Of a stretch of DNA of 64,000 nucleotides, positions 40,434 to 53,004 are shown piece after piece. The position numbers and the translations under genes are program-made. Origin of the DNA: Eledone cirrhosa (Eukaryota); NCBI GenBank assembly GCA_964016885.1, contig OZ024756.1, positions 25,172,001 to 25,236,000 on the forward strand, given 5' to 3'. How positions within the stretch are numbered: position 1 is the stretch's first letter; every line of letters starts with the position of its first letter. Below the pieces are notes generated by a model. That model was not told the DNA's origin and ran no database searches. It was given only the letters and a program-made list of their open reading frames with translations.

Positions 40434-40608
40434 ACACTCACACACACTCACACACACTCACATATACATACACACACACATACACACACAAACATACACA
40501 CATATGCAAACACACACACATACATGCATACACAGTCACACACACACTCACACACACACCCACATACACATACACACACACATACATACACACCACATAC
40601 ACACTCAT

Positions 40609-40653
<45 letters not shown>

Positions 40654-40687
40654 TCACAAGAATCAAAGCTATGTTCAAAGCATTTAT

Positions 40688-40736
40688 TCACTTACAATTG
40701 TTTCATCCAAACCTAGGCTTGGAATCTTCGGAGCAT
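40688..40736 (-). ncRNA. Degenerate hammerhead motif in a short TA-flanked element (about 40650-40790)
   Basis: Minus strand gct-CCGAAGA-tTCCAAG-cctagg-TTTGGAt-GAAA-CAATTGTA-agt, then AATAAA. Confidence 0.5.
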
Positions 40737-41104
40737 TTTTCAATGTTTGTACACATAATTGACCTCCTTTCCAACGCAAGAGACATACAGATACATATAT
40801 ATATATATTGATGTACAGTGGAGTGGCATATATTATACTATACTATTGTTGTACAGCAATACAAATTCAAAATCAAAATCAAAATCAAAATCAAAATTAA
40901 AATAAAAATTAAAATTAAAATGGATTCGGCAGATATCACAGATAATGCAAGAGGATATATATATATATACATATATATAAATTTTTATATATGTATGCAT
41001 GTATATATTTATATTTATATATTTATTAATTTATTTATATATAACTAACAAATAATTTATCGCTCTACATCACTGCATACAATAAATGTAATCTGAGATT
41101 TTCG

Positions 41105-41144
<40 letters not shown>

Positions 41145-41591
41145 CATATATATATATGTGTGTGTGTGTGTGGCTGTGCGTCTGTGTAAATATATGTGTG
41201 TGTGTATATATATATATGTATGTGTGTGTGTGTTATATGTGTGTTTGAATGAGTGTGTGTTTGCATGAATCAGATGTAAAAAAATTCACAACGAAGAGAT
41301 TAAATAAAACAAGGAAAGAAAATGAATAAATAAATAATTAAATAAAGGAATATAAGAATTACAATTCCATCATCCTTTTATTCCATTCCTCGCGTATGGT
41401 TATTTGATTTTAGAATTTAACGTAAACCGATAGCGAGAATAAAAGCTCAACAGGTCACCTAATTTGCTTCAGATGCTTCCAGTTAAGTGTTTTCACTTCA
41501 CCTATCCACATGACCACACCTGTCTCCACCGCCGTCGCCACTATAATTATCTTCCTTACTCTTTAAATGGCCGCCTAATGATTAAATTGGC

Positions 41592-41810
41592 TTGGCAGTA
41601 TCGGTAGATGGTCGGACGCCATGCTTTGCAGCATAGAGTTACGGCCCTTTATGATCTGAGTTCAAATCCCGCCGAGGTTAACTTTGCCTTTCATCCTTAC
41701 GGGGTCGATAAAATAAAGTACCAGTCACGCACTGGGGTCGATTAATCGACTTTCCCCTTCCCCAAAATTGCTGGCCTTGTGCCTAAATCAGAAACCATTA
41801 TTATTATTAT
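41592..41810 (+). mobile_element. SINE, long-tail subtype
   Basis: Full family match including GGGGTCGATTAATCGACTTTCCCC segment. Confidence 0.9.
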
Positions 41811-43550
41811 GGATTGGAGAAAAAACTTGCGACGGTTTCAATATCAAACAGTGCTGTTCAAAGGAGGATAAGTCACATGACCATTGACATCAAGGATTAA
41901 GTTGTGAAGGTGATCAAGTTTTGCAGATGATCAAGTTTGCAGTATTTGACTTATTTTCAATTCAACTCGATGGACGACATGTGGCATCGTGTTCCCAGTT
42001 GATGGTGCTTGCAAGGTATGTGCACTCAGGTTCATTTAAAGATGAGTTTCTCTTTTGTTCTCATCTTGAAACAACTACCAAGCCCTCTCATATTTTACAA
42101 AAGGTTTCATCTTTCCTTGAATCAGACATTTTTTTATGGGATAATATCTGTGGGTGCTGTACAGATGGAGCACCAGCTATGTTGAGTACAAAATCAGGAT
42201 TTCAAATGTGTGTGAAAAAGCGAGCTCCAAAAATGAAAGGCATTCATTGTATGATCCATCGTCAGGCACTGGCCTCAAAAATACTTCCAGCTCCACTCAG
42301 GAAGGTTTTGGATCAAACAATTCCCATTGGGAATTTTGTCAAAAGAGGTCCTCTCAAGTCACGACTTTTCAAGCAGTTATGCATTGACATGGAGGTAGTT
42401 TATTATTTGCTTCTTTTCCACACAAATGTTCGATGGATGTCAAGAGGAAATGTCAGTGAGCGAATATTTGAGCTTAAAGAAGAGATGGAATTTTTTTGCC
42501 TGGCTGAATGATGAAGAATATATCATGTAACTTGCCTATTTAGTTGATATTTTTAAGCAACTGAATAAACTGAATCTTCATATGCAAGGTAGGAATACAA
42601 AATCATAAAATTTGTGAATGCCTTGAAAGGTTTTATGAGGAAGCTGAACAATTAAAAGAGATAGGTCAATATAAAAGATGTTGTAATGTTTGAGAGGCTG
42701 TAATCCGTTCTTGTTGGTGGTGAAGACCAAGTGCTTCCATAATTTTCAAAAAAGGAAATTTTGCAGCAATTGAAAGCACTGGAAAATGAATTCAGCCGAT
42801 ATTTTCTTGAACTGAGTGATGATGAGTTGGATTTAGTGCGAAATCCATACAAATTGTCAATTGAAAAAGTTCCTGATGATTGTTAAGATGAATTTCTGGA
42901 GCTGTTAACTGATTCGGGAGCAAGATATATATTCGATGAGAAATCAATCACAGAATGTTGGCCTTTGGTGAGCGATTCCTACCCCAAAATGGCAGAAAAA
43001 GCAATCTGTGCATTGCTTCCATTTGTGTCAAAATATCTTTGTGAGTCAGGCTTTTCAGCTCTGTTGCAAATTAAATGAAACAACGTAGTAGATTAGAGGT
43101 TGAAAATGACCTGCATTGTGCCCTTTCAAGCACTGCTCTGAAGAAAAATCAACCACAGGTTTCTCATTGATTGCAATTTTTATCTGAATAAAATGAATTA
43201 CAAATTTACAATATCCTGGCATTTTATTGAATTTTTTGTTTATTCAATTATAATCCCCCGGCACTTGAACTTTTATATTTCAGTATGCTTCAGTTTTGTT
43301 TATTAAATAATTAATTATGAATATAAAAAAAAACTACTTTTATTCAAGTTTTAACATCTATCAGCATTTTCAATTATTAAACGTATAAGACTCCACTATA
43401 AAAATATATATATAAAGGTATATGTACTAATATGGAAGAAAATAAAGGGTTTTCAATATTATATGCATATTATTTGGAATGTCGTTCCCGGCATGTAAAG
43501 CTTACAGGGTCCGGGTCAATAATTTAGTTAAGCAAAATGTGACCGTCAAG
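41811..43550 (+). mobile_element. hAT DNA transposon remnant (Buster/Charlie, ZBED5/FAM200-like transposase), pseudogenised
   Basis: FSIQLD, CTDGAPAML, HCMIHRQALAS, VRWMSRG, and downstream YLCESGFS dimerisation motif near 43035; multiple stops. Confidence 0.85.
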
Positions 43551-43554
43551 AACA

Positions 43555-43930
43555 GGTGGGGTGGCTCTCAAAAGAAAGACTAGAGTAATTTCGATAGGTT
43601 TTAGCAAAGAAGTATCATTAGAGAAAAATAGGAGGAGTAGAAGATAGCTAAATGAGACGAGGCTATTAGTAGTGGTATTGCAATTGACGTGCTAGCGGCG
43701 AGAATGGTTTTAAACCATTTCTTCAATGCGAAACACGAAGGTTGCACTGTCAGAGCTAAGGCACGTGCTCTGAGAAACGGGGGAACAGAAGCTATTCGAT
43801 AGACCCGCGTGGTGGATGCGCAGCTTGATAACAAAACCATAGTTCGGTCTTTGACGGACCGAGACGAACGTGAGCTGAACGATTGCAAGCAGATGTGTGA
43901 AGCCTTTCGCCAGCACTTTGCTCAGCTCTT
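43555..43930 (+). mobile_element. Fragment of Tx1/L1-like ORF2
   Basis: WWVAL..FF.AKHEGC.VR.K.RAL.N..IVRSL.D.D..MCEAF.QHFAQLF matches the 55230-55620 region. Confidence 0.8.
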
Positions 43931-44134
43931 TACGTTCACTACTATCACCTCTATCACCACCATCATTGAAACTCAGAACGCAAAGAGCCGAGAAAAATGC
44001 CAAAAAACATTTTGGTCGCCGCTCTACCGATTCTAACAAAAACTCAAGTCGTTTCTTCCTCAGTCTTGGAAGTGCTGTGGAGATCATAAGCACTATTACT
44101 TCATTCAGACCAAGTCAAATAGATTTAATTCATA

Positions 44135-44140
44135 ATAACA

Positions 44141-44171
<31 letters not shown>

Positions 44172-44179
44172 CGACGACG

Positions 44180-44252
<73 letters not shown>

Positions 44253-44545
44253 CGACGTCGACGACGACGACAACAACAGCAACGATAACAACAACAATTT
44301 CGACTACGAGTGTACTTAGTTGTTCGATCAATTGAACAACAACATGCTCCAGAGTTTAAGTTACAACAACAACAAAAACTATATGAACAATACCACCACT
44401 ACCAACAGCAACAGCAACAACAAAAACAGCAATAAAAACAGTAACAACAATAACAGCAATAACAGCACTAGCAACACTAACAACAACAGTAACAGCAGTA
44501 GCGATAACAGCACGAACAGCAATAACAAAAGCAACAATAATAGCG
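44135..44545. repeat. (GAC)n/(AAC)n trinucleotide tract
   Basis: Direct reading. Confidence 0.92.
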
Positions 44546-44822
44546 TTCGTCATAAATTTGAGACCTCACGTCTGAAATCTTCCTACGCCGGCCTTAAATT
44601 TAATGCAGTGAACTTCCTTCATTTTTCTTTTCATCCGGCCAACACAAAGGTAACTCAATGAATTATTCACCAGAGTAATCCTACTTCGCATGTGACGCTA
44701 TTAACGTGCCTCGTGTCGATAAATCTCAGATCTTTGCAGTTCTATATAGATGTGTGAGTGTGTCTGTGTGTGTGTGTGTGAGAGAGAGAAAAAGAGAGAG
44801 TGGAGAGAGTGAGTGTGTGTAT

Positions 44823-44854
<32 letters not shown>

Positions 44855-45439
44855 TGTATGTATGTATGTATGTATGTATGTGTATCTATGTCAGGTCACC
44901 AGTTGGTGCTACTGGTAACATGTATCCCAGTACAACCTTTCTCATGGTCGGGTCGTTGGCGACTAAACTGGCAACCCCACCAAGGTTTCTTGGTGAGGAG
45001 GGTGACTTTGGACATCCTGCAGGACTAGAAACAAAACCTGTCAAAGGGCAAAGGAGCTCTTAAGAGTCAATGGCCATCCAAAATCACCGGGAGAGATGAC
45101 CCCTTAGCTTTTGTCAAGGCAGAATTCTAGGAGAAGAAAAACTCTGATATAACACCTGCAACCCTGATGGTATCCAATGATGTTGACTTGTTCTTCTTTT
45201 TGGTAAATATCATCTTAGTTAAGGGAGTGGGACTGGCTTTGTGCAGTGCCTTTGCTCACTATAAAAGCTTCACGGCACAGGCATTGCTTTGTATCTGGAG
45301 ATCTCTCTGCACTTGTCGTCACATGGTACCATGGGCCCAGCACTATGTGTCAATAATTGTCACACGTGTAGTGTTTGTACCAGAGTTTTCAAGTCGCTGG
45401 CTGGACTAAAAAGTCACACTCATTCAACGCATCGGTAAG

Positions 45440-47190
45440 GGTTCTGCTACCTGCAGCCTCAGATATTCAGGACGTATCGGAGGGTTCTTGCTGTTCCCAG
45501 TAAGCATGCCTTTTGAAGTGTTCCAAAAAGCAGGGCTGGACTAACTTTCATTAACCATCCTTGGAAACTCTTTGAGATAGTACCTAGTGGGCCTAGGACA
45601 ATCGGGACGACTCTGACTTCATGGCAGTTCCAAATCCTTTTTACCTCCCATTTTAAGTCCTGGTATCGGTTAATTTTCTCCCTCTCTTTTTCTTGCACTC
45701 TCGTGTCAAATGGGCAGGCTACATCTACAATCAGGCACGATCTTTTTTCCTTGTCCAAAACCACCAGGTCAGGCCTATTGTGTTCCAGTTTCTTATCCGT
45801 CTGTATCCTAAAATCCCATAGCACCTTCACCTGATCGTTTTCTATCACCGACTCTGGCTTATGCTCATACCACTTCTCAGAATGTGGTAAATTGTTTACT
45901 TTGCATAGGTGCCAGTGGATCACCCTGCCCATCACATCATGTCTCCAGCCTTTATAGTGAGTCTGGGCTAGGTGTTTACACTCGGATACAATGTGAGCCA
46001 CAGTCTCCTCTCTCTCTCTCCACAGATCCTACACAGTGGGCTAGCCTCCTCCTTGTAAATATGGTGTTTCACCCACTTCGTTTTGAGTGCCTGTTCTTGC
46101 GCAGCCATTAGCATTCCTTCTGTAGCCTTTTTAAGGTCTCCTCTTTTTAACCAGTTTAAACCAGATCTCTAAATTCAGTTTTCTCAAAGAAGGTACTATG
46201 AAGGGATTTTTCAGAAGGGATTTTTCATGAAAGTTGCTCTTCCTCCTTGTTGTTATTTCCTCCTTGGACATCCCTTGGTCTATTGTTCTCTCCTTCAGCA
46301 CAATTCTCAGCATTGGCTCCCTACTGTCGGTCACGTATTTGTACAGGTTGTTTTTCTCCATCAGAACACAGTCCTCTATGCTGATAAGACCTCTTCCACC
46401 TTCAGATCTCTTTAAGTAGAGTCTATCGACATCACTCCTCTTGTGGAACATGTTGTAGATAGTCAATAGCTTCCCTAGTCTTCCTATCCATTTCTTTTTG
46501 TTCAGCAACATTCCATTTCAGAATTCCCGCACTGTACCTAATAATAGACACAGCTCGGGAATTCACTGCACTTATGACATTCCTACTATTTAGATGTGAT
46601 TTTAATACGCTCCTTACTCTCCTAATGTACTCAGATCTTATCAATTCCTTCATTTTTTTTTGTTTTTGATGTCATCTGCCTCCAGAACACCTAAATATTG
46701 GTATCCTTCTTCAGTGTCAATTTTCTTTATCATCTCACCTGTTGGTACCTGGATTCCGTTGCTTCTGCTCAATTTACCCCTCTTCATCACTAGAACTCCA
46801 TACTTATTAATACCAAATTCCATACATATATCATTGCTGAAAATACGGACAGTGTCAACAAGTACATCCAACTCCTTCTCACTCTTCCCAAAGAGCTTAA
46901 GATCGTCCATGGAGAGGAGGTGGTTGGTGGTAAGCTCTCCTTTTCCAAACTTGTATCCTGCTCTCACTTTTCGCAGTATAATGGTCAGGGGCATCAGGGC
47001 AAGGAGAAACAACAGAGGGGACAGAATATCTCCCTGGAAGATACCTCTCTTGATCTTCACGCCTCCCAGGGATTCTCCAGCCGATGTTAATTCTGTTTCC
47101 GAGGACTTCATACTTTTGCTCAACAACTGTCTGATGTTATCTTCCACCTTGAAGATCTCTAGGCTTTTGGTTATCCAAGAATGAGGTACC
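45440..47190 (-). mobile_element. R4/Dong-like non-LTR retrotransposon, 5'-truncated and frameshifted (RT, CCHC, RLE)
   Basis: GIFQGDILSPLLF, LSMDDLKL, YQYLG, RLYLKRSEGGRGL, HIVSEC, RPDLVVLDK..VDVACP..KEREK across ORFs 46650-47264, 46432-46653, 46131-46511, 45459-46001. Confidence 0.9.
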
Positions 47191-47313
47191 ATTATTATTA
47201 TTATTATTATAGACATTATGATATATAGCTGCAAACAGCAATAAAACCAGAGCTGTCCTCTCATCTATCATTTTCTCAACTGCACACATACATACTCACA
47301 CAAATATACTCTT

Positions 47314-47344
<31 letters not shown>

Positions 47345-47836
47345 TACAAACGCATGTACGCATTCATACACACTCAAACACACACACATCCACACACACT
47401 CAAACACACAAACATATACTCACAAACTTACTCACCACCCTATCCCCACACCCACCTCCTTTTATTTTGATCAACTCAGCCATTTGTTTTCATCGCAGTT
47501 CACATACACTAACACACAAACACACACATACGCAGACATGTACGCACGTAAACACATACGCACACACGCACACGCGCGCACACACACACACGCAGACACA
47601 CATACACGCGCCTTCTAATATGTAGGAACTTCAGCACAATGATGTTCTTACTCTACATCGTATATTTCTATGTGTGTGTGTTTGTATGTTTATTCTTCTT
47701 TAATTTATCATTCTATTTTCTTATGATAGACTAGCGTCCGAAACGTTAAGACACTTTTCCTACATTACCAAGCTTAAAACTAATATATTTCTGCATTGGA
47801 CTGTGTCGTTTGCTTTGTTATTTCTGTGAGCCTTTT

Positions 47837-47933
<97 letters not shown>

Positions 47934-48769
47934 CTATATAATTTTAATTCTACATAAGTTTCAATGTACGACTACAGGCCATACCACGATATATACGAGA
48001 CATCTGTCCACCACTCCACATATCTTCAGGAATTTATATATTGTTATAATTTTCAAGAGTAACATAGAAGAACTAATTTCATACCATATGAATTAATAAA
48101 TTACAAAATACATTCAAAAGCGACAGCAAATCAGAAGCGGTGTTAAAGACAGTATATAAAGATTTAGTATTTCGTGCATCCGTACATTAACTGACATAGT
48201 GTTGAAATTACATGACATTTTTAGTTTGCATATTGACAAGAAAAGGACAGTAGTTAGTCAATTATGCGTTAGGCGTTTATAAATATACAAAAGATAAAAA
48301 ATGGAAAAGAGGATTGATAATTTCATAAGAATTCAAGTTTAAATTTAATTCTTCTTTATAAGAAGTTTTGCCACACGGTACACAAAACAATCTCTAACTG
48401 CAAAACACTAGTATTGATCTTATTTATATTATAATACATCAATTATAAAAAGATCAACTCGTGGTGAGTAGGTTATGCCTCGAAGGAGAGTTGGCTGGTG
48501 AGAGAAGCAGAGGCCAGCGACCAAAACTTGATAATGTCAACTTATGATCTTGGACTTGATCTTTCTCTTAAACTCTGCTGCTGGTGATCGAAACTTTGTG
48601 GAGAAAAATATCTCATGCTGATGCGCAGTCTGCAACTAGCTGAGTTTAACGTCACAAGAAGATATTTTAATAGAATACATTGAGATATCAATAAATAAAT
48701 AAATATAAAAAGAGAGATAATTAAATTAATTATTGTTTGCTCACTTAGATAGGATTTATATATTAGAAT

Positions 48770-49990
48770 GTTCGCCGAAAGTCTTTGAGGGATACCATCT
48801 GGTGTTTACGGTGGTCCTCGGGGCTCTGCTATCGATCCTCTTTGCCAGGGTATTTGGTATTTGTGAGGGGCCAGGTTTTTGCTCCAGAGAGGAGAACGGA
48901 GGGTACCGATGCATTGTAGATACGGATATTCGTCTTCCAGGAGAAAAGAGCAGTGGTGCCAAAAGGGCTTCTATATGAAGTGCATGGCGCCGGCGGCTAG
49001 ACCACACCTGCGGTTGATCTCCGAGGTCTGGTCTCCATTGTTGGTGACTATCAAGCCCAGGTAAATGAAGGAGCAGACAAACTCCGGGGATCCGGGCCCA
49101 TGGCTGACATGCATCAGCTTGGTCTTCGCCCTGCTCACCTGAAGTCCAAAGTTTACTGATTCCTCTCAGTGTATGATCAGTGTGACCCAGGGCTGATCGA
49201 TCGAGTTGCTGGTGTCGTCCTTGTACTCCAGGTCGGTAAGATGGTAGTTCCCGAAGGTAACGCCAGGAACTCGCTCACGGGACCTTGGTCATCAGATAGT
49301 CGATGGCACAGTTGAAGAGACCAGGGGCAGCCATGCAGCCATGTCTGACTCCGCAGTTGATGGGGAACCAGTCGAAGTCCTTCCCGTTCACACCCACACA
49401 CAATTCTCGGCACTGCTGCAGAGCCGTTGGGACAGGGTGGTGATCTTCGGAGCAGCACCGACGAGTTTGAGGATTTTCCAGAGGAATGCGTTGTTGACCG
49501 TGACGAAAGCTGCCTTGAGATCGACGAAGGCGACGTAGAGGCGGCGATCTCTACGGAACTCCCGAGATCTTTCCAATAATGAGATGAAGGGCAGAAATAT
49601 GGTCGGTGGTAGATCGATTTGGAATGAATCCAGTTTGTTGTGTGCAACGGCACTGAAGCTGAGCGTTGCGGGCGGACCCTGCCATGAAGTGTACCAATCC
49701 GCGTAAACTCATTCTGTCTCCATGATCCCACATCACCTCGTCATTTGCGTGCTCCCTCGTCAATCGTTCAGTGCCCGAGCCGAGGATGAGACCGCCAACT
49801 AGGAGATCTTTAAAATAAAGAGTCAACCAGTCTGTGCGTGACGTCCAGGTAAACTCAAAACCTCCTCCCAAAAGGCCCCTGGATATCACTGCAGACAGTA
49901 AAGATATATTAACTTTCGTCACGCGGGCGAGCGTTGCGGCGACATGATTGAGCACCGCCGACTTAACCAGATGCGCAACAAGGCCATCAC
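48770..49990 (-). mobile_element. RTE-like LINE RT fragment, GC-rich, disrupted
   Basis: QTGFIPNRSTTDHISAL, REF..RLYVAFVDLKAAF, LWKILKLVG, F.YLG; frameshifts. Confidence 0.8.
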
Positions 49991-50002
49991 TGATGACCGA
50001 GA

Positions 50003-50179
50003 AGTATCGGTAGAAGGTCAGACGCCATGATTTGCAGCATAGAGTTACACCCCTTTATGTCTGATTTCCAATCCCGCCTACGTTACTTTGCTTTTCATCC
50101 TTACGGGGTCGATAAAATAAAGCACCAGTAATGCACTGGGATAACTTGCTTGGCCTTGTGCCAAAAGTAGAACCAATTA
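50003..50179 (+). mobile_element. SINE (diverged)
   Basis: Head, core and tail match. Confidence 0.83.
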
Positions 50180-50411
50180 CTATATATTACACTCTGTCTA
50201 GCTCTAACCTCGATACTGACCTGAACCTAAACATCGAGTGCTCACCTGGTGAACCTACAGTAACTTCGCGTATAGTATATTTAATTAAAAACATTTTGCT
50301 ATATCACTTACTTATTCTCGACAAAAAAAAAAGAATGGTCTTCAAAATGTTTTTAATTAAACATACAGTATATTGCCAAATATACTATACATACATCGCT
50401 ATTTCAGAGCA

Positions 50412-50482
<71 letters not shown>

Positions 50483-50491
<9 letters not shown>

Positions 50492-50900
50492 TTAAAAAAT
50501 AATGAATAAAACAATGAAACAGTTCCTTATATTAAACAAAAAAAGTTCATTATTTAACGATCGTTTCTGGGATATATATGTGTTAGAATTGGCATGTATA
50601 TTTAACAGATCTATGTACAAAATTATACAAAATTATACAAACTATCAAAATTAAATATACATACCAACTCATATATATGCCGTCTTCAGAAATAAGAAAA
50701 TGGCATATATATGAGTTGGTATGTATATTTAATTTTGATAGTTTGTATAATTTTGTATAATTTTGTACATAGATCTGTTAAATATACATGCCAATTCTAA
50801 CACATATATATCCCAGAAACGATCGTTAAATAATGAACTTTTTTTGTTTAATATAAGGAACTGTTTCATTGTTTTATTCATTATTTTTTTAATATTTTAT
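50483..50900. repeat. Near-perfect fold-back (199-bp arms, 20-bp spacer) next to (TA)n
   Basis: 50483-50681 vs 50702-50900, about one mismatch. Confidence 0.93.
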
Positions 50901-51031
50901 CTTGACTCTGTATTCCGTTTATCTTTCACCGAAAGTGATTTTTCATTGCATCTCTTCTTTCCATGATATCCGGATTACATTGAGTTCTTCATACGGATTG
51001 GACACTACCGTAAACTCTTGGTAGAATTATC

Positions 51032-51095
<64 letters not shown>

Positions 51096-51869
51096 GGGTT
51101 ATATTTAATTTGTTGGGATTCAACAAGCTTAAACATTTTTATAACTGATATAAAGCACTCAACAATTTAGTGGAGTAAATATTCAATATATTAATAAATG
51201 GAAACTATATTTATAAAACCATAATTATTTTATTATATTTATATTTCAATGGCAACCAAGGCAAATTTTGGCGCGAATTTTGGTTTTGGTGGTGGTGGTG
51301 GTGGTGGTGGTGGTGGTGGTGGTGGTGGCAGGCAGTGTTTTTCGTTAGAAATATAATAATGAACGGGTTAAAGACATAGGCAGTATCTTTCATTAGAAGT
51401 ATAGTAATGAAAGAGTTAAAGACATAGGCAATGTCTTTCATTAGAAATATGGTAATAAAAGGGTTAATGACATAGACAGTGTCTTTCATTGGAGATACAT
51501 CAACACCAATAACCGAACCATTATTATCATCATTAATAAGAAAAACATCTACATCGTCGCCATCATCATCAATATTAATAACAACAAAAACAACTACAAC
51601 TTCATCATCAACAGCAACAACAAAAACTACAACATTATCATCAACATCATCATCACTCTCATCAACAACTACAAAAATTATATCACAAACAACAACAACA
51701 AATATCAATTGTGTTATCGTTACGATGAGATAAAAATGGAAGATTGGGTATTTTAATAACGATTATAATTATTCATTTACATGTTCATTTGTCGGTATTT
51801 CTTGTGCATATCTTTTATATTTTATTTTTTATACTTTTTATTTTCAGTTTTTATTATTTTATTATTTTA

Positions 51870-52250
51870 TTTCCCCCCCCCCCCCCCCCCCCCCACACAC
51901 ACACACCACCGCCACCACCACCACCACCACCAACCCAACCCACCCTTCTTCCACCTCCTCCATCCCCTTTTTTCTCCCCCCCATTCTTCCTCTCCCTCCG
52001 CCCTTCCTCCTCCACTATCACCCGTTCTTCCTCCTCCATCCCCCTTCTTCTTGCTCCACCACCCCATCTCTTCCACCCCTCTCCTTCCTCCTCCATCCCC
52101 CTTCTCCCTCCTCCATCCCCCCCTTCCGCCTTCATCATCCATCCCCTTCTTCCACCACCCCTTCTTCCCCCTCCACCACCACCTTCTTCCTCACACCCCC
52201 TTCCTCCTCCATCCACCCCCTTCTTCCTCCCCACCCCCTCTTCCTTCCAG
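51870..52250. repeat. C/T-rich low-complexity tract (G-rich on minus strand)
   Basis: Direct reading. Confidence 0.85.
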
Positions 52251-52376
52251 GCCTGACAGACAGCAGGTTTTAATGGTTGTGATATTTCTCACAAACTTAA
52301 AGAGTAGGGGTAACAGTTTGACAGGATTTTGAATTTATTGAAGGGAAATGAATGATTTTGGTGTGTGTTTGGTGAT

Positions 52377-52443
<67 letters not shown>

Positions 52444-53004
52444 TTGGAGAGAGAGAAATGGGTTGGAAAGAGAGAGTAAGTTAGTTAGTTTGAGATACAG
52501 AGAGAGTGAGATAGAGATAGTTAGATGAAGCAAGAGAGAGGGGGGAGACAGAGATAGGTAAATAATTAGAGGGAGAGAGAGAGAGCGATTAATAGATAGA
52601 TGGATGGAGGGAGAGAGAGAGAGATAAATAGATAGATAGATAGATATGTTTCTTTATTAGCCACAGGGGCACAAAAGAAGGGGACAAATACAAAGGGGGA
52701 AGTTTACATACAATAAAAACGTGTAAAATGTTATCACAAATGCAATTTAAAAATTAGATAGATAGATAGATAAATTTCTATTTATTTGCCACGAGGGCAC
52801 AAAAGAAGGGGACATTTACACAGTGGGGGAGTTTACATAAATCGAGTAAAGAAAAAAGGAATAACAATAATAATATAACAATAAAAAGTCCTCAAAAGGG
52901 AGGGGGCGTGTTGGGGATTGCACATACCCCCGAAAAGTGTGCAACTCTTTTCGTGGGGGAAGCCCAGAGAGGAGGCGCTCCCCCTTTCCTCTTCACTTCT
53001 TCAC

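Noticed and set aside
37560-40811. Long ORFs in the ORF track (YI/CV/FLS/HT-rich, up to 383 aa) here and at other TA, CA, GA tracts
   Set aside because: Translations of stop-free micro/minisatellites; no domain content
41921-42511. Domesticated ZBED/FAM200-like host gene
   Set aside because: Flanking transposase sequence has stops and frameshifts; a decayed transposon
51870-52250. Proline-rich (extensin/formin-like) coding exon
   Set aside because: Open in several frames purely from C/T low complexity; no splice context
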